DNA from: Chiloscyllium plagiosum
Lineage: Eukaryota
DNA length: 64,000 nt
NCBI RefSeq assembly: GCF_004010195.1
Contig: NC_057719.1
Coordinates: 76,552,849 to 76,616,848, forward strand
Reading direction: 5' to 3'
In this document: one piece after another, positions 37,641 through 51,999 of the stretch
Position numbering within the stretch: the stretch's first letter is position 1
Layout of the letters: every line of letters begins with the position of its first letter
Position numbers and translations under genes: made by a program
The notes under the pieces: model-generated
Seen by the model: the letters and a program-made list of their open reading frames with translations, nothing else
Told to the model about the DNA's origin: nothing
Database searches by the model: none

Positions 37641-38879
37641 GTCATACCTGTCAGTAAACCATGAGAAACATTTAGAGAAAGATCTTCTTGATTTTGAATC
37701 TGTTGTGTAAAGATGGGGTTAAATACACCTTGGATGAGTTGGCTCACTAAAGTCAAAGGTACATTAAGCATCAACTTGAGCCCAGGATGTTTTCACAGGT
37801 GCCATTTTATAAGAAAAAATGACAAAAAGAATCTGGGAATATCCGAATTATCTGGCCACTCATGTGGAAGTTAAAGAGCAGTGAATTGTCTCACGCAGTT
37901 TTGGCTTGCCTTTTGTTTGCGTCATTGCAATTCTCATCAGTTCAGGCAAGGGACTCAGGCTACATTTAGCTCATCTCTAGTACGGAGCTGATGATGGATT
38001 GTGACATGTTTGAGATTTTCAGTCACACTTACTGCGCCACCATTATCTGTCAGCCAGGTCACGGAATCACAGAGCTGTTATAGCACAGGAGGAGGCCATT
38101 CAGCCCATTGTGTCTGCACCAGGCCTCTAAAGCATCACCAAAAGAGAAAATGCTGGAAAATCTCAGCAGGTCTGGCAGCATGTGTAAGGAGAGAAAAGAG
38201 CTGACGTTTCGAGTCTAACTGACCCTTTGTAAAACATCACCTTCTGTTCTTCTCCTCATGTTTGCTTTTTGGGTAACTAACCACGTCCCTTTTGAATGCA
38301 TCAGTCAAGCCTGGCTCCACCATACTCTGAAGCAATATTTATTAAATTCTAGCCACTCACTGTGGAAGTGTCCTTGTATTCCCAATCCTTCCACCAGTGT
38401 GAAAATTTCTCACTGACTACATTATCCAGATCCCTCAGGATTTTGAATACCACTGTCTGCCATATGGTCTAATAACAATTGCTGATGGCTTGTAGTTGGG
38501 TACAGAGCTGCCACTAGTCCTCTTTTCCAGATGCTACACACCACTGAAGTCGGTGGGACTTGAATCCAGGTCTCCTGGCTCTAAGGTAGGGACACAAACA
38601 CCATGCCCCAAGATCTTCCCATTCTTCTTTTCCATGCTAGATGTAGGAGCCGGTTTGATTAATAGTAATGAAAATGAACCACCGATGAGTCTTAACAAGA
38701 CAAAGCACTCATTTTAATAAGATGTAGTTTATTGAGTGATAACATTAGGCAAGAATTACATTGACCAATTAGGCATACTTACAAAGACCATCCGGGAGCT
38801 ATGTCAAACTAACGTGTTATACAAGTTTAACAAAACCTTCTTGCTTTTGCACCCTATTAATAAAAAAGCCTGGGATTCT

Positions 38880-39095
38880 CAAGCAAAAACAGAAATTGCT
38901 GGAGAAGCTCTGGCAGCATCCATGGAGTAAAATCAGAGTTAAAGTTTTAGGTCAATTGACCCCTCCTCAGAACTCAACCCAAAACGTTAACTCTGATTTC
39001 TCTCCATGGATGCTGCCAGATCTGCTGAGCTTTTGCAGCAATTTCTGCTATTGTTTCTGATTTACAGCATCTGGAGTTCTTTGGGTTTTTTTAAA
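38880..39095 (+). mobile_element. Old PLE pLTR fold-back insertion
   Basis: Inverted arms (cagaaattgctgg...aatcagagtt / aactctgattt...gcaatttctg); duplicated flank ctgggattc. Confidence 0.75.
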
Positions 39096-42000
39096 CAAAG
39101 GTCTGGGATTCCGTTATGCTTTGTTAAATCTCTCTCACAGTTTTATAAACAATAAAAAAAAAGGGAAAAGGCACAGAAAGGGCATTTTTGAAATCTCAGA
39201 GCAAGTTTTAAATTCTCTGTCTTCGCTGCCAGATATCATAAATAATGTGTTTGTTCTTAAGTGGATCTTTTCACAATCCCCTTCTCCCAGGGCAGGTATT
39301 GAGGTTCTTGGTTGACAGTGAGAGAGCACTGATTTGTATGTCACTCAGTGTCTTTTATACATATTTCATACCTTTTCAAAGTCAGTATGTTTCAAAGCCA
39401 CCCAGCAATGACAGGAGAATGGAGGCTTAATTCATTGATATTTATTCATTCACCAGTCGCAGGATTTGGAGCATTTATCTGTGGTTGCTCAGAGGACTGC
39501 CTCGGGCATAGGAACAGCCTTTTCTGCCATTCAATTAGGTCATGTCTAATCTTTGTGCAAAGAAAGAGCTAAAGAAGTGATGATTGTGTCTAGTAAGGTT
39601 GAGTGTGACTTTATATTTTCCACCAGTTTGGGGACAGATCTTCCCACTTCCATTCAGCACTAGTTCCTGTCAACCACCGACAACAAGCTGCCAAACCCTC
39701 CAAAAGCTTGCAATGGCTGTGAAACAGTGAATTTCTACTGTCACCACGATCATCAGGCGAGTTTCTATTCCTGTGTACAACTGATGGATCGAGAACATTA
39801 ACAGTAGTTTTTGGAACTGGAAACCTCTAGAATCAAAAAAAAAAGTATGATCCTCACTTTTAAATGAGAATGATGATGCTTGAATTGAATTGAATTAGCT
39901 TGTCACATGTACTGAATGGATACAGCGAAAAGTTAACAGTTGCCACATTACAGCGCTATCTTAGGTATAAAAGGTACCTAAGATACTTTAGATAAAATTC
40001 TTCGGAAACAAAAAATTAGAAAAGTAACAAAATAAATTGAGAAAGAAACAAATTATGTTTGCGAGATAGTTAATTAGGTGTTGAATAGAATTTTTCCACT
40101 ACATCCATCCTTCTGATCTGGTGGAAAGGCCTTTGGCATGCCTCATTGTAATTAATGTCCTGTGAATTTTTGGGCACAAATGTGAAGGCATTGGGATACT
40201 AGTTTTGTTGCACAGGATCCTGGGTTGGAGGCAGTTCGTGGCAATCCTCCATGAAGTACAAGGTATCAGTGACATATTATCTCAGCACATAGGAAAAGCT
40301 GGCTCTAACTTATGTCAGAAGTTCACATGAAACATGGACGCCATTCTATCCAACATGGATCATGTAATCAGTTCCATGAACACCATCATGATCCAACAAT
40401 GCAGTGGAGGATCTCCTGACAGCTTTTGGATCTGGTTTGGAAGCTGAGATGGCTGCCATGCTGGTTTTGGCTCCCTTGGATGAGTGCCACACCATTCTTG
40501 CATTCCTCTCTTGGGTACAGTCCAGTGAGTGTGGCCATGACATTGTTGGCCAGGTGCAGCTCAAACATTTAAAAAAAGCAAGATTGTGAACTGAAATTAC
40601 CTGAGTCCCAGCCACTGGCTTGGGTTGGCTTGAACCAGATCATCTCTGAGGATGATATACGGTGCAAGTCCTTCTTTGGAGGAAGTATAATGAGGTAATC
40701 CTAAAAAAAAGTTTCCTTGCGTTGAGCCCATAGTAGAAAGACACTGGCTTGTCAGATGAGCTAAGACAACGGCAAGACACCACAAATCAGAAAGATAAGG
40801 AAAAAGGATAAAAATGCAGGATTTCAACATGGTAGCAGTGAAAACTCTGGAGACTAACCTTCACGAAGTTGTGGACAGCTCACTTGGATGCGTGGAGATA
40901 ACCCAAGACCAGTGGGAAGTTGTCTGGCCAGCGTGAGCTTCTATTCTTAGGTATTAGCTTTTATTTATGTTGACTGTTCAAGGAACATCTTTGAAAAATG
41001 AATGGATGTGCGCTTGAATTTTAGCCTTGTATGAATTGCATGTCTGCGGTTAACCATTTCTTAACCAAGCAATGCGAATTGTATGTTTGTTTTAATGAAA
41101 CTAATAAAGTTTGTGGTTAGTTGATACAGATTTGACTCTTTGTGCCATGTCAATAATTATTGTCCAGGGTGGTAAGCGGGCAACACCATCATGATGGGAA
41201 AAGCACTTACTATTTTGTGCCAGAGTGGATGGGAATCTGCTTCACTGCTATTGCACTGCCTCAGTGCTACAGTAATGCCACACAGTCAGTCTGCCCAGGC
41301 ACATGCTGGGATGCTGCAGCAGCTGTCATTTTAAGATGTAGACGAATTTGACACAGCCATCTGAGGCGTGGTCTATGAGAGCTCAGCTGCTTTCCACTTG
41401 AAGGGTAAGTAAACAACAGCCTCTTGAAGGGTAAGTAAACAAAGACAAAAAAATAAAAACCAAGCGCTTTCATGGATGCCTGACAATGGCTTGTATTGCT
41501 TTTGTTATGAGCTCAAGGGGCTCATTTTCTCTGGAAAACATTCATACACAGGGATCTGTTCTCTACATACTAAAGGAATATGTTCAAGATTTGCACATTT
41601 TCCACTTGGGACCTTGGGCAATCAATAGTGTCCCAGTGCTTTTCCCATGGCAACAATTTTGACCAAACCGAATTAGCATGTCAGCCAATTCATACTCTTT
41701 GCTGCTTTGGCATAAATTGTTTGCATTTTGGCATTCTTGCATGACCCTGATGATTTGAGCAATGTGCCTCTCTCTTCAGAAATATTCAAAACCTTCAGAA
41801 GTGTGAGTCCTTACCTCAAACATTATTTCCCATTAGAAGGCAGCACAGCATTTAAAAACAAAAATGATCTAGAGCACAACATTCCCCCCCATTAGTATTT
41901 CAGGAAATTTATAACAGCACAACAAAAAAACAAGATTTACCAAATATGATGAATCAGGTTAAGTTGAAATAAGTGGGATGGCATTTAACTTTATTTGTTT

Positions 42001-42224
42001 TGAGAGGCTGAAAAAGATTACAGGTAGGTGATGCAACAAAGTATCCAACTCTTGGTTTGTAATCTATTGCCTACATCTAGTCTATTATCCACAGATGATC
42101 CCTTTTACGACCAGCTTAGAATCCACACCCACATATAGATACAAATTTACTGCTACACATATGCACGTTCCCCTGAGAAACTGCTCACATTAAGGCACAA
42201 ATGAACAATATAACAGTTCAGAAT

Positions 42225-42545
42225 AGAATCAGATCTCTACAGTGTGTAACAGGCCACTTGGTCCATCAAGTCCACACTGCCCTCCAAACAGCATCTCACC
42301 CTTCCCTGTAATCCCACATGGCTAACCTACCTAGCCTGCACATCCCTGGGTACTATGAGCAATTTAGCATAGCCAATTCAGTTAACCTGCACAACTTTGG
42401 TCTGTGGGAGGAAACCAGAGCACACCAGTGGAGACACAGGGAGAATATGCAAACTCTACGCAGACAGTTACTTGAGAGTGGAATCCATCCTGGGTCCCTA
42501 GTGCTGTAAAGCAGTAATGCTAACCACTGAGCCACTGTACCACTC
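42225..42545 (-). mobile_element. HE1 V-SINE (diverged)
   Basis: Reverse complement of the HE1 body; a 3' piece also lies at about 43235-43455. Confidence 0.85.
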
Positions 42546-44239
42546 CTTTGAGCTGATTTTTTAATATTGCTTTGTCCGTAATAAGCCATTCTTAATGGCA
42601 TCCTTATACTTTGTTTCCGAAGTACCCAAGTCTTCAAAATTTTGACCTTATTCACTAGACTGTGACAATAGATCAGCAGAATGAGATGAGAGATTGATTG
42701 TACCTTGAAATTATATACAACTCACCCAGCCTCTCTACACAGATATTGGTTCTGCCATTCTTGCAGACTCAGAGGATATGTTACCTTATACCCTCTGAAA
42801 AGTACAATATTTTTTAACATTCCAGAAAGATCAATGCCAACATTACAGAGATGTATTAAACAGCAAAAAGAAAACTGCAGAAATGGTACAACTGGAACCC
42901 ACATTCAAGACAAGAGGGAATTGGATGGAATAAGGTGATGCTTGGAAATCCTTCAGTACATACAAATTGGTGCATCAAATCACTTCTGGGTGGAAATTCA
43001 AGATATTATATAGGGATTTGGGGTATTGCTGGCTAGGCCAGAATTTCAAAGAACGAACCCTGGAATTTTTAGCTGAAGTGATGAACAACTGTAGACTTTT
43101 CCCAAATTGGATGCAATATAAGTAAAACACAACAGATGATCTTCCTCATCAATATTGTATTTTTTAAAAAGGATATAACTTCTTTTAAGAGTGTACAGAA
43201 GCAATCAGGATAATTTCCATGTTTTGTTGCATTGATAGAATCATAGAATCCCTATAGTGCAGAAAGAGGCCATTTGGCCCATCGAGTTCACACTGACCTT
43301 CCGAAGAGCATCCCACCCAGACCCAGACTCAGCTCCCCCAACCTATCTCCATATCCCCCATTTAGCATGGCTAAACCACCAGCTTGCATACCCCTGGATA
43401 CTATGGACAATTTACCATGGCTAATCTACCTAACCTGCACATCTTTGGACTGTTAAAAAGTTTTTAATGTTTCCTAATTACCTTAAATCTGGTTCTTATA
43501 TCGTGTTGTGTTATGTCTCTCTGTCAGTATAACTCTAAGAGATATGCTCATTGCATTGTCACTGTATCATAGCGTGTGACCTGAAGATATAGACTCCATA
43601 CTCCATTTTAACTTGTAGCACTTGAAGCATGACACTGTACTGAAAGCATGCTGCTCAGTTGTAACCCAATACTTTAATGTTAGCCTAGACACTTATGTAC
43701 CTCAGGAATGTAATGTTTGTACATAAAGAAAATTAAAAAGATGTTAATTATAGCTATTAAGTACCTTGATATATATGCCATTTCTTGGATTATGGAAGAT
43801 AAGCACTGCCACATCAGATGCTCCCAAGGTCAACTAGGAACGGGCAATAAATGCTAACCAGCTATCAATACCCACTTTCAGTGAGCGAATATAAAAAAGG
43901 TACAAACTCACAACATGGTAGCAGTGATAGCTGTTTATAAGAATACTCCAATATCGTGGTAGTAGGAATTTAGAAAATTCGATATTAGGTTTGGGTGGTG
44001 AACTTGGACTAAGAGTTTCTCACTTTTAAGCAGCATCAATTTCTATGAATACAAGACAAATGTATAAATAGGGCGTTTACCACCAAAGAAACAAGGCATT
44101 TTATTAGAATGTAAATTCTTTCATGATAAAATGAATTTCAAAAGAAGACAACAAAAGGCTGAAATGCACTCTTAAGCTGGAACACAAGACCAGTGGAGGC
44201 TAGAAGGCTAGAATGCTTTGTTCCTGGCTGTTGATACAT

Positions 44240-44600
44240 TAGGTAAAAACAATGACTGCAGATGCTGGAAACCAGATTCTGGATCAGTGGTGCTGGAAGA
44301 GCACAGCAATTCAGGCAGCATCCGAGGACAGGCAAAAGCGACGTTTCGGGCAAAAGCCCTTCATCAGGAATAAAGGCAGAGAGCCTGAATGTTGAAATCC
44401 ACATTGATGCCCTGGGGTTGAAGTGTTCCGAGGCGGAAGATGAGGCGTTCTTCCTCCAGGCGTCTGGTGGTGAGGGAGCGGCGGTGGAGGAGGCCCAGCA
44501 CCTCCATATCCTCGGCAGAGTGGGAGAGGGAGTTGAAATGTTGAGCCACTGGGCGATTTGGTTGATTGGTGCGGGTGTCTCGGAGATGTTCCCTAAAGCA
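44240..44600 (-). mobile_element. Penelope-like element 3' end (GIY-YIG C-terminus plus pLTR)
   Basis: Peptide FREHLRDTRTNQPNRPVAQHFNS...RRLEEERLIFRLGTLQPQGINVDF; hammerhead CTGATGA-a-GGGC-tttt-GCCC-GAAA-CG-TC on the - strand at about 44339-44368. Confidence 0.9.
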
Positions 44601-45149
44601 CTCTGTAACAGTCTCCATAATAACAGCTGTAAAGTTTTTTTCACGAAAGAAAGAGAAATTTAAAATTTACCCTTACACAAATTCAGGAAAACATGTCTTA
44701 ATATGGTACATTGTAATGTTTTTAAGGCGGAATCAGGGATAGCAGAAATCTCATTATGGATTGCAGATCCAGTGATATCCTTACTAAATTATAACTGTTC
44801 AAAACAGCCTATGCAGTTCTATTATCTTGTTTGCCATTGGCAAGGAAGGTCTTTCCATTGAGAATCAGAAAACAATTCAGAAAAGGTCTGCAAGACTTTT
44901 GAAGACCAGCTTAAGGGGAAAAGCAACTTCAGTACTAATAGACTATAACTTCCATCATACAGACAGCAACCTAATAGTCAATTGACCAGTTTATTGGAAG
45001 ATGTCACAGCAAAGACCATGAGTGTGACATTCCCAAAGAGGAATTGGCAGAGAGGCTCTTTGAATTTGCCTTCATCTTTACACAAAATAAATCTTCTAGG
45101 AAAGCTATTTTGGGCACAAAAAGGACCATTCATTAATGCCAGACAATGA

Positions 45150-45860
45150 CCATCTTCATTGAGAGACATTCTGATCAATGATGTTAGCATCACTGAATCC
45201 TCCATTATGAACATTCCTTGGGGTTACCATTGACCACAAACTCAAATAGACTTGTCATATGAACACAATGGCTACAAGAGCAGGTCAGAGGCTAGGAACA
45301 TTTCAGCAAGTAACTCACCTCCTGACTCCCCAAATACTGTCCACCATCCACAAGGGACAAGTCAGGATTGTGATGGAATACTCCTCACTTTCCAAAATAA
45401 GTGCGGCTCCAACAATATTCTAGAAGCTTGATACCATACAAGACGAAGCAACCTGCTTGCTTGGCACCACATCGACAAGCATCCATTCCTTCCATCACTA
45501 ACACTCAGTAGCAGCAGTGTAGAAGCACTGCAAGATATATGGCAGAAATTCACCCAAGATCCACATACATCATCTTCCAAACACATGAATATTTTCACCC
45601 AGAATGACAAGGGCACCAGATACATGGGAACAACACTACCTGAAGTTCCCCTCCAAGCCACTTACCACCTTGACATGAAATATATTGATGTTCATTCAGT
45701 ATCACTGAATCAAAAGCCTGGAATTCCCTCTCTAAAGGGTATTATGGGTCTACCCACAGCAGTTCAAGAAGGCAGGTCACCTCCGCTTTCTCAAGGGCAA
45801 CTAGAGAGATGGGCAGTAAATACTGGACCAGCCAGCAAGACCCACATGAGTAAAAACACA
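45150..45860 (+). mobile_element. L2/CR1-group LINE 3' fragment nested in the Gypsy relic
   Basis: aacattccttggggttaccattgaccac...gcagttcaagaaggcag...tctcaagggcaactag; same family at about 3680-3930, 49500-49940 and 52000-52545. Confidence 0.72.
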
Positions 45861-46789
45861 AATTGTTAAAGGATGGACATAAGAATGATGCAATGTATGA
45901 AGTAAATAGCAGATTGACAATAATTATATGTTTACGATGCAGCCAATGATATTACTGTTAGCCAAAAGTGCACTAAAACAAAAAGATCTGCAACGGATGT
46001 GATACCTAACACCTGTCCAAAAGCTGCCCAGATTTTTTTGTGATATCTGTAAAGCATGTGGCACCAAGGGACGTTTGGGCATGTACTAGAACTTTGATGC
46101 CAAAGGCCAAACCAGTACAAACCACAAGTAACCCACAAGCTGGTACAACATCACAACAATTTACTTGCTGCCAGTGCTAAGATGCACAACCGTAAACAAT
46201 TCAGTAAGGTTCAGAGTCAACCAACAGAAAGTCAAATTCTCAGAGCATGACCAAGCTTTCCATATTATTAACCTCACATTGCACACTGACATTAAGACTG
46301 TCAGAAGCTTTTACAACCATTAGCATTACTTTGTGTAAAGGCAGGACAACACACATGGAAAGCTAAAATCAACACAGGAGCGAGTGTCAATATGTTACAA
46401 CTATGCATCCTAGGAGATAATCTAGTTCAGCAAGTGGTTTACCATGGTACAGCTTATAATGCGCTATTGAACAGTGTGTAATGGATCAACAGAGCTGTGC
46501 ATTGGCAGAATCACAATGTAGTGCCAGTACACAACTCATCCTGCCTTCCCAAAATCATCTAACTGGGAGATATCAATGGTCCAGAATGACACTGAAGTGG
46601 CACATGTGACACAATAGAAGAATCACTTAACTATCAGAACAATGGTACCATGAATGAATTGACACAGGCAGCAATTTTAAGGGTGATGCAGTGTTGCAAC
46701 CTAAGGACGATTCACCCTATTTATTGGCCCTCCCAAGGAATGCTGGACGTTTAGAAGGAACTTCAAGTGGAACTATTTTGATTAAGATA

Positions 46790-47098
46790 TAGAATCCCTC
46801 AGTGTGAAAACAGGCCATTTGGCCCAACAAGTCCACACCAACCCCCCTGAAGAGTAACCCACCCAGACCCATTCCCCCACACTAATACACCTAACCTACA
46901 CATCCCTGAACACTATGGCCAATTCACTATGATCTGCACATCTTTGGAATATGGGAGGAACCAGAGCACCCAGAGGAAACCCACGCAGACATGGAGAGAA
47001 TGTGCAAACTCCACACAGACAGCTGCCCGAGGCTGGAATTGAATCCGGGTCCCTGGTGCTGTGAGGCAACAGAGCTACCCACTGAGCCACAGTGCCGC
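46790..47098 (-). mobile_element. HE1 V-SINE
   Basis: Reverse complement of HE1 head, V-domain and tail. Confidence 0.9.
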
Positions 47099-48244
47099 TC
47101 CAAAGAAGGACATCACTTATGTGTTGTGCAACAACCATCAATATATCTTTCATTCAATCAAACGTGTTCTGTGAGCAAAATCCTGTTTTCTATAATACTG
47201 CAGCCCCAGGAAAGCCACAACACTAAAGTGGATGCATCACAAAAAACTCAAGGCATGTGTCTCTTTTGAAAACCCTGACAACTGTGCAAGTCAACTACTC
47301 TAATATTGAATATAAGACATCAGCACTGATACTTAGCATCATGCAGCTTCAAAACAAACTTATTTAGCAGGAAATCTACCACTGAAAATGGATCATGAAC
47401 CACCAGATGTGTACCACAAACTGCTACTGGATGCACTGTCACATTTGCAGCATTATCTTGTTAAGGTACAAGATAAAGATATTTCCATTGATCTATACAT
47501 TGATGCTTTGGACTGCAAAGTTGGAAGATGCTCTCAAGGTTGGACTGTTACTCTCTGACCAAAGTCAGTGTAAACAGTTGCAAGCAACAACTGCCGAAGA
47601 TAAGCAATAGAAGTTGGAAAAGAGATCATTCAGTGATGGCCCGACAGTATTGAAGTAGTACTTGAGAATATTTTGGCCATACAGAGACACACTTGGTATA
47701 CAAGTCATCTACAAGGGCAGACAAGTCCACTTCACCAAGGTATCATGTCTATGCTACTCCAGAGGAACATGGGTATTGAACACACAGGATGGCTAGTACA
47801 TCAATCAGCATATTGGCAAGCGATGAATCAAAAAATTCAATGACTCTAGAACACACGTGAAGCATGACAAACTTATCAAATTGGGTGGAGAGAGCCTCAA
47901 CATCTGCATGGTGTTCTAGTCACTCCTTAGAATTGAAATAGAAACAGCCTTATTCACAGTACATGGGGTAGATTACATCCTTGTGATGAATTAATTTTCT
48001 AAGCTTCCCATCGATGCATCATTTAGCAATACAACAAATATGACCATCATTGACACAATGAGTATGTTTTTAAAGTATCGCCCAATCAGCTTTAACCAGC
48101 CCCTTCATGATCTCAAACACATTTATCAAGTATCCTTTTAGCACAGCTTCACAAATTCCTCCATGTAGCTAAAGTCTCTCACTCCTGAAGCCATTCTGTT
48201 AAATAATTTATACATCCTCTTTCAAGTCGTCACATTTAAGAAGT

Positions 48245-48399
48245 TAAAAATCACACAACACCAGGTTATAGTCCAACAGGTTTATTTGGAAGCATTAGCT
48301 TTTGGAGCGCCGCTCCTTCATCAGAAGGACGAGAAACCTGGTGTTGTGTGATTTTTAACTTTGTACACCCCAGTCCAACACCGGTGTCTCTAAATCATG
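48245..48399 (+). mobile_element. PLE pLTR fold-back, third family (asymmetric)
   Basis: Same family as 36170-36386; exact 13-bp TSD acatttaagaagt (48232-48244, 48400-48412). Confidence 0.85.
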
Positions 48400-50024
48400 A
48401 CATTTAAGAAGTACAGTGCCCAGAATTGGATACTATCCTCCAGTTGTTGCCAAGCCAGAAGGTTCTGAAGAAAGGTGACTAGACCCAAAACATTAACTCT
48501 GCTTTCTCTCCACAAATGCTCCCAGACCTGTTGAGTTTCTCCAATAATTTCTGTTTTTGTTTCAGATTTCCAGCATCTTCAGTTCATTAATTTTTTGTTT
48601 AGTCTTTTATAAGGGGTCAACATGATTTCCTGTGTTTTCTCTATGCCATTTACAAAATGTTTTAGTAACTGCTTCCACAACCTGCCCTGCCACTTTCCGT
48701 GTGCTTATATAACCCATGAATCTCTATTCCTACATTTTCTTTACAATTCTATTCTTTGATTTTTTTTTATTACCTCTCCTCGTTCTTCCTACCAAAATTT
48801 CTTTGTATTACATTTCAGTTGCTACATATTCACTGATTGCACAGTCTAGTCATGCTTTATTGAAGTCTAGCTCTATCCTTGTTACCGTTTACATCATATC
48901 TGCATTTTGTGTCAACCACAAACCTTGAAGTGTCCGAAACGCTACTGTTTACCTCCATCTTTTACCTGCCATTTGGCAACTATGTATCAATATTGCTACT
49001 GTCTCTTTATTGCACGTGCTTCAATTTGACTAGTTTGTGACAATTTGCCAAAAGCACTTTTGGAAGACGGTTTTTATTCCTTCATGGGATGTGGGAATCG
49101 CAGGCTAGACCAGTATTTATTGCCCATCCCAGTTGGCCCTCAAGTTGAGGTGATGAGCTGCTTTCTTAAAAATGGCTATAGTCATGGTGTGCCTCCATCT
49201 AGAGACCCAATTAGCTCTATGACTTTGGATGCATCAGTTCTTTGTTAAAAACAAAGGCAAAATGTGTATTCCATACCTTGGCCATGCCACTTCCTCAGTC
49301 GTCTTTTTGATCTCCTGCCTCAGACCCATCTTATTACTCTTCCACTGTTTGCCCATAGAAGAATTGCTTCTGATTTCCCTTTAATGTTAGTCGATACAGT
49401 ATACGAGACTATCTTTGCCTCTCCTTTTGCACATTGTCCTTTTGAAGGTCCTGTAAGCAGAATGGTATCAGTTGGGGTGAAAGGGGCTGCTTTTGATATC
49501 AAGGAGCCAAAACAAAACTAAAGGCAATGGGAATCGGAGAGGGAAGCTTACCAGGCAGGAAACCAAGCTGGTTGTAGGTACTATAGATCAACCATCTCAT
49601 TAGGAGTTCCTCAGGATAGTGTCTTCGGCCCAAACATCTTCAGCTGCTTCATCAATTATCTTCCTCCATCAGAAGAGGAAATGTTTGCTGCGTTCAGCAC
49701 CATTCGTGACTCCACAAATACAAGGAGTCCATGTCTAAACGCAACAAGTCTTAGAAGTATCAAATTTTGGGCTGACAAATGTCATATGTTATTTGCAGCA
49801 CGCAAATACCAGTCAATTACACAATCTCCAACAAGAGAGAATGTAACCATTACCTCTTGACATTCTATGGCATTCTCATCACTGAATTCCTCATTACCAA
49901 CATCCTGGGAGTGACTATTAACCAACCATTGAACTGGAAGAGACATTATAGAGAAGGAAAATCTACCAGTACCATTTTAATAACACTCTTACTGCTTCTA
50001 CACAAAATCTTCTAAAATAAAGTC

Positions 50025-50850
50025 TTTGAGCCACACAGCACGGAAACAGACCCTTCGGCCCAACCAGTCCATGCTGACCAGGTTGCCCAAACTAAACTAG
50101 TCACAATCGCCCATAATGGCCCATAAGCCTCTCAACCTTTCCTTTTCATGGACAAAAACAGAAATAGTTGTAAAAGCTCAGCATCTGGGGAGAGAAATCA
50201 GAGACAATGCTTCGGATGCAGTGACCCTTCCTCAGAACTGGACTTTAAACGTTAACTCTGATTTCTCTCCACAGATGCTGCCAGATCCGCTGAGCTTTTC
50301 AGCAATTTCTATCTTCCTCTCTGACTTACAGCATCTGTAGTTCTTTCAGTTCTTCCCTATTCATGTACCTGTCTAAATGTCTTTGAAATGTTCCAATTTT
50401 ACCTGTATCTACCACTTCCTCTGGCAGTTCATTCTACACACGAACCAACCCCTGTGTGAACACACTGCCCCTCAGGTCCCTTTTAAATCTTTCTCCTCTC
50501 ATTTTAAGATAATATCCTCTAGTTTTGAACTCCCTCAAGGAAAAAGATCTTTGTTATTCAGGTTATCAATGCTCCTCATGATTTTATAATCCTCTATAAG
50601 ATCACCCTGCAACCTCCTACACTCTGAGGGAGGAAGGTCCCAGTTTATCCAGCCTCTCCTTATAACTCAAATTCTCCAATCCCGACAACCTCCTGGTAAA
50701 TCTCCCCTGAATCCTCTCCAGCTTAAACCCTCTCTAGCTTAGTAATATCCTTCCTATAGCAGGGTGACCAGAACTATATTCAGTATTCCAAAAGTGGCCT
50801 AACCAGCATCCTGTACAACTGCAACATGTTATACCAACTCCCATACTCAA
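50025..50850 (-). mobile_element. HER1/CR1 3' fragment hosting a PLE fold-back at about 50151-50350
   Basis: cacagcacggaaacagacccttcggccc terminus; CR1 sequence resumes after the insert with a duplicated ttcatg-containing flank. Confidence 0.85.
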
Positions 50851-50851
50851 T

Positions 50852-51180
50852 CATAGAATTCCTACAGTGTGGATGCAGGCCATTCAACCCATCAGGTTCA
50901 CAATGACCTTCCAAAGAGCATTCCACCCAAACCCACCCCTTATCCTATTCCCAGGGCTAGCCCACATAGCCTGCACATTCCTGAACACCAGGGGCAATTT
51001 AGAATGGCCAATCCAATGAATCAGCATGTCTTTGGACTGTGGGAGGAGAGCAGAGGATCCAGGGGAGCCCAAGCAAGCATGGGGAGAAAGCACAAATTCT
51101 ACACAGACACTTGCCTGAGGGTGGAATCAAACCCAGGTTCTGGGTGCTCTGAGGCAGTAGTACTGACCACTGAGCGGTCA
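50852..51180 (-). mobile_element. HE1 V-SINE (diverged)
   Basis: Reverse complement of HE1. Confidence 0.8.
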
Positions 51181-51999
51181 ATGGTCTGAGCAATGTGTGT
51201 AATTACATCTCGAAACAGGTTGATTCAAAAATATTGACAGTATTTTTCCTTGCCTTGTCTATTTCTTCTAGAAGGACAATGACTATAGAGATTTGGGAGG
51301 ACCTCTTTGCAGAGCAGCAGTCCATTACAGCATAAGAAACAGGACCAAGAGCTTCCACTGCCATTCAATGGGATCATAGCTGATCCATCACTCTTCACAT
51401 CCCCTTCCTGCCCTTTCCCCGATACCCTTGATTTCCCGACCAATCAAGAATCTTTCTTTCTCAACTTTAAATATACAGAAGGACTGTACCCCACCACAGC
51501 TCTCTGGCAAGGCGTTCAAAAGATTCTCAACCTTCTGAGGGAAGAAATTCATCCTCATCTCAGTCTTAAGTTGGTTCCCCTTTTATTCTGAGACGATGCC
51601 CTCTGGTCCTAGATTCTCCCATGAGGGGAACCATCCTCTCAGCATTTACCCTGTCGAGCCCCTGGCTGTTTCAATGAGATCGCCTCTCATTCTTCAAAGT
51701 CCAACTCAAGAGCAACTGGGGATGGGTAATAAACGCTGCCCAGCCAGTGATGCCCACATCCCATGGACAGATAACAGAAATCTTCGCTACTGGCAGAGGA
51801 ATTTGACAGACTATTTGATAATTGGAGCTGCCAATGCTAACCTAACCTTGTACTTACTTCACAGGCACACACGCACTGCCAAGCTGAGTCATTCAACAGT
51901 GACAGCACACTCTGCTGATCTTTGTTGCTTTCTTATTTTTACTAACTGTTCCTGTCAGTCCCATCATTGAGGAGATGTCTATACATCAACATCCTTTAT

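Larger units (their letters stand above)
44650..48080 (+). mobile_element. Decayed Ty3/Gypsy internal region (gag, protease, RNase H, integrase relics)
   Basis: Hand translations: SIDQFIGRCHSKDHECDIPKEELAERLFE (44978, gag); CKACGTKG (about 46058, zinc knuckle); KAKINTGASVNML (46359, protease DTG-like); VDASQK (47228, RNase H); LRIFWPYRDTLG..VIYKGRQV and MGIEHT.WLVHQSAYWQAMN (47662-47828, integrase N-terminus). Order fits Gypsy. Confidence 0.8.
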
